A DNA stretch of 64,000 nt from Paraphysomonas bandaiensis (Eukaryota; Protista; Chrysophyceae): assembly GCA_965644295.1 (NCBI GenBank), contig CBFFRP010000463.1:1-64000 (forward strand), in the 5' to 3' direction. This document shows positions 60,046-64,000 of the stretch, one piece after another (position 1 is the stretch's first letter; every line of letters starts with the position of its first letter). The notes beneath the pieces were generated by a model, which saw nothing but the letters and a program-made list of their open reading frames with translations, was not told the DNA's origin and made no database searches. A program made the translations under genes and the position numbers.

Positions 60046-62762
60046 CTACGAAATTGGGGAGTTTTTGGCAGTTGAAACAAAGCATCTTCCTGCGGCCGTC
60101 AACAGTGGAAAGCCATTCCATGTAGCAACACATTCTGTGTCCGAGCGTAATTGTGGGGCAAAAACATTCTCCCAAACCTTGAACTTTTTAACACGAGAAG
60201 ATGTGTATGGATCAACATTGATAACACCTTCAATGAAAATTCTCTCGCCCACAACAGCATCATCCGGGGGACTCACCAGCTCCACTTTACCATCTTCAGA
60301 TTTAGCCGCTAACACCATGCCCTCAGAAACAAAGCCTACAAGTTTAGCGGCCTTCAAGTTGCATACCACAATAACTTTTCTTTCGTGCATTTCTTCCAAA
60401 GAATAATGCCCCCGTAAGCCCGATGCGATCTGTCGAGGTGTAGATTCACCAATATCAATTTCCTCACAAAAAAGCCTGCACATAGTCAGTTCACAGAAGC
60501 AGTATGCTTGTATATCTCACCTCTCTGCACTCTCGTGGTTCCAAACTCGCACTATCTTACCAACACGAAGCTCGATTTTCGTAAAGTCATGTTGATCGCT
60601 TACTGACTCAGACACGGCAGCTTTGGGCGTTGCCTTGGATGTCTTATCCTTAGCTGCTTTGTCTGAGCTTTTGTCTTTCTTGGGAGCAGGTTCACTTTTC
60701 TTAACCTTTTTCGAATTATCTTTCACTTTACTTTGAATTTGTGCAGCCTTCTTGTCGGTCTCATCTTCTATCTTAGAGAACAAAATGCTTCCCAGGGTAA
60801 CAGGAGTTCCAGGTGTCAAATTGTAAAAATCTTTCTTGAGCGCAGTTGTGGGCCTGGCAGATGTGCCTAAACGAGTAAAAATAGTCTCGGCAGCGAGCGG
60901 GATAACAGCAGCCAGGTAATGGGTAAAAATGTATATCGCCTCCAAAGTTGTGCGCACAACAGCCTGCCTTCTAGGTGCGTCACCCTCAGCTTTCATCTTC
61001 CATGGTTCAGCAGTCGTCAGATAGCGATTAGTGGCGCGAACAGCCTCCATTGTGCGAAAAGTAGCGGAGTTTATCGCGGACCTCTTAAGATCATCACGAA
61101 TCTCGGCATCTAGCTGCTCAAAGTCGAAAGGCAGCGTGAAAGCAGGGTCGTGGCGTGAATCTGGGATAACGCCGCCACAGAATTTGATACACAGGTTAAT
61201 GCCTCTGTGAACGAGATTGCCTAAGGTGTCAGCTAACTCTGAGTTGTGCATCATCTCCAGCGCTGGCTCAGAAAAGTTCAAGTCAGCACCATAGGAGGTC
61301 GCCATCACAGAGTAATAACGAACAGTATCTAGTGCGTACTTATCGAGAACCTGTTAACACAACCTTTACTTCCCGCAATGCACACATCATATACTCACAT
61401 CCAGAGGATCAATGGTGTTGTTGTAAGATTTGCTCATCTTGCGGCCATCAGCCGCATTGACAAACCCATGGCAAAAAACCGTTGCTATACGTGAGCTAAA
61501 TTAGAGTTTGACAGAGGAACAAAACACCATGTATACCTGGTAAGGGAATTCCTGCGGAGTGTAGCATGATGGGCCATATGACAGAGTGGAACCAGACAAT
61601 GTCCTTTCCTATTACATGCGTCTGTGCCGGCCAATACTTGGCATTCTCTCCTTGAGGCTCAGCGAGATACCCGAGTCCAGAGATGTAATTAGATAATGCG
61701 TCAAACCATACGTACATAACGTGCTTCTGGTCAAATCCTTCGGGCACGCGAATACCCCAGTCAAAGGTAGTACGCGATACAGAGAGATCCTTTAAAGGAT
61801 CCTTCCGCAGGCGAGCTAAAATATTGTTTCGAAACTGTTCCGGTTGTATGAAATCGGGGTTGGACTCGATGTGATTGATAAGCCAATCCGCATACTTGCT
61901 CATACGAAAAAAGTAGCTCTCTTCCTTGACGCGCTTCAGTGGTAGACCGGACCCAGGGTCCATGAATTGTGTCGCTTCAGCCTCCGAGTCAGTCACAAAC
62001 AACTCCTCACGCTCATTGTACCAACCCTCATAAATTCCAAGGTATATATCATCAGAGGCTGCACACATCTTCCAAAGTCGCTACAAAATAGGAATAAGAA
62101 ACAACTGGGCCTACTATATTAAACTAACCTGGGCACTTGCTTTGTGAGAATCTGAAGTTGTGCGTACGTAAGACGATATCGACACCGCAAGTCGTTGCTT
62201 CAGGGCTTTAAACGCGTCCACAAATATATTACAATGTTCAATAGGAGATCGGCCAGCAGCAGCAGCAGACGCAGCAACCTTTTGACCATGTTCATCGGAA
62301 CTGCAAATACGTCAAGAATAGGGATGTGGTCTATAACCAAATACATACCCGCTCAAAAAATATGTGTCGTAGCCTAAAACTCTATAGAATCGAACTAAAA
62401 CATCTGCCGTAAGGAACTAACAAAGCGTTAAAACTATCGATCTAGACTATTCACCACTGTACCTCATAGGCGTGTCCCATATGGGGATATCCGTTCGTAT
62501 AAGCAATAGCGGTACTTAGATAATACTTGTCGCTTCCGTGTCCATCCAGGTTCCTGCATGCAGCTCCATAGGAAACACTCCCATTATCAACAGGTATATA
62601 TCTGGAGCTCTGATCGACTTTTTTATCGACTGATGAGGATGTAGAAGCATCTGTATGAGAGGAGAGAGGGGATTGTTCACTCTCTGGTTCAATGATCACA
62701 TTATCGCATAATACAGTGCATGATAGGGCTGTGCCGCACTCGTCTGATGTCAAGTAGTCCAT
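60046..62762 (-). CDS. MARS: Methionyl-tRNA synthetase with C-terminal EMAPII/Trbp111-like tRNA-binding domain, multi-exon
   Basis: YYLSTAIAYTNGYPHMGHAYE (HIGH), DEHGQK, MYVWFDALSNY, IGKDIVWFH, HGFV..GRKMSKS, ELADTLGNL, then IELRVGKI..PRQIASGL..VVCNLKAAKLVGFVSEGMVL. Confidence 0.95.
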
Positions 62763-63359
62763 GGATGAGTACACTCAATTGTTTGGCACGGAGAGTTTAT
62801 CTGCTGAGTGTAAATGCGTTCTATACAACTCAATATCCTCTATGTATAAACACTCTTATATATGGTGTACGTATATATACTGTACCTCCACACATCCATT
62901 TGTACACCACTAGGCCTACACACACAGCTGCTGTATACATCATACCATACTCTGTTGTACATACTCCAGCCTACAACCACAACCTTTTTTATACGACGAC
63001 GACCAGAAATACCAGAGAAAAACTCTTGTGGACAATCCGCAACTGCATGATGTATACAGTGTATTCCATTTTATCATGATATGTAGAAGCTAGACTATCC
63101 TGATCGTACGTACTGTACCAAAAATAATCTAAATATACGAGAAAATATGAACGCGAAAGTTGCTAAATCTAGAAATGTATTATTTTCTATAGATTTCATA
63201 TATTTCGAGCATATTTATTATAGAAAATTCACACATCAAACGCAGAATACCTACACTACAAGTACTTCGTAATTGGAGAAGACTGTACGTATGACGATAT
63301 TTAAATAGAGGATAGATTGCTTTCATTAAAATTCGATACGAACTGAAATCTAGTATAAA

Positions 63360-64000
63360 ATGAATACTCCCCCACCGAAGAGTGCGTCGTCATCAGCACA
63401 ATCAACACCATCACGTACCCAAACTCAATCAGGAGGATCTAAACACAGCACTCCGGGACGCTCCAGTAATGATAGAGCTGAAGGTGAACCATTGGAGAGA
63501 CTTTACTCTGAGAAATCAGATGCCGCACTGAAGAAATTGGATGAGCAGGATGGATATTTTCATTCTTTTGCAAATCGAGTCGAGAACATAGAGCGATCCC
63601 TGGATATGCGAAATCCCGCGACTCTGGTACATGCAAAACACGAGCTTGCGCAAATTATTGGTGACCTTGAAAAGCTACAGTTTAATGAGGTTCATATTTT
63701 TATGTGTGGTTATCTGCTGTAACGCCAAGGTTGTAGGTGGACAGTGTCGAAACCCATGGTCTCGACAGCGGTAAGAGCGAAGCCAGTGCACACAGAAAGG
63801 ACTTAAATGCTAAAATTAATGAAATGATGGAACAAACACAACTTCTCTACCAACAGATCGACTCTACACTTACGAAGATTAATCAAACACGTAAGGAGGA
63901 AAGTAAGGAAGAAGAGCCATTACGGAGAGATGAGATCGCGAAGCTCCTATTGCTGTCTGCGCGTGCCCACACTATCCAACAGATATCTGTGGAACAATGG
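63360..64000 (+). CDS. BAG-domain-like protein, 5' part (runs off the right edge)
   Basis: ELAQIIGDLEKLQFNE|VDSVETHGLDSGKSEASAHRKDLNAKI across an intron resembles the BAG L..LD.V......R..RK pattern. Confidence 0.5.

Overview
Compact, intron-containing eukaryotic DNA with short (~45-60 bp) spliceosomal introns. IFT81, CCDC57, TBCCD1 and an oomycete-like hAT suggest a flagellated stramenopile (inference). The left end (1-~7190, minus strand) is the 5' part of a Ty3/Gypsy-type LTR retrotransposon with a single gag-protease-RT-RNaseH polyprotein. Directly after RNase H, where integrase would normally begin, it runs in frame into a SET (lysine methyltransferase) domain that is cut by the window edge; this is the most striking feature. 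The rest holds 13 host genes: GBF1-type ARF-GEF, CCDC57, membrin/GOSR2, TBCCD1, a protein with six exact 132-aa EF-hand repeats plus LRRs, phosphoglycolate phosphatase, IFT81, a PH-ANK-WW-FH2 formin without an obvious FH1, MAD2, a PH/helical-rod protein, a kinesin-3-like motor, MetRS and a BAG-like protein. Twelve of the 13 form six head-to-head pairs. Mobile-element debris lies in the tail-to-tail spacers: a hAT element with perfect 24-bp TIRs and an 8-bp TSD, a decayed LINE 3' end, and a SINE-like family sharing that LINE's 3' stem-loop. Gene coordinates are spans including introns; exon boundaries were read by eye.
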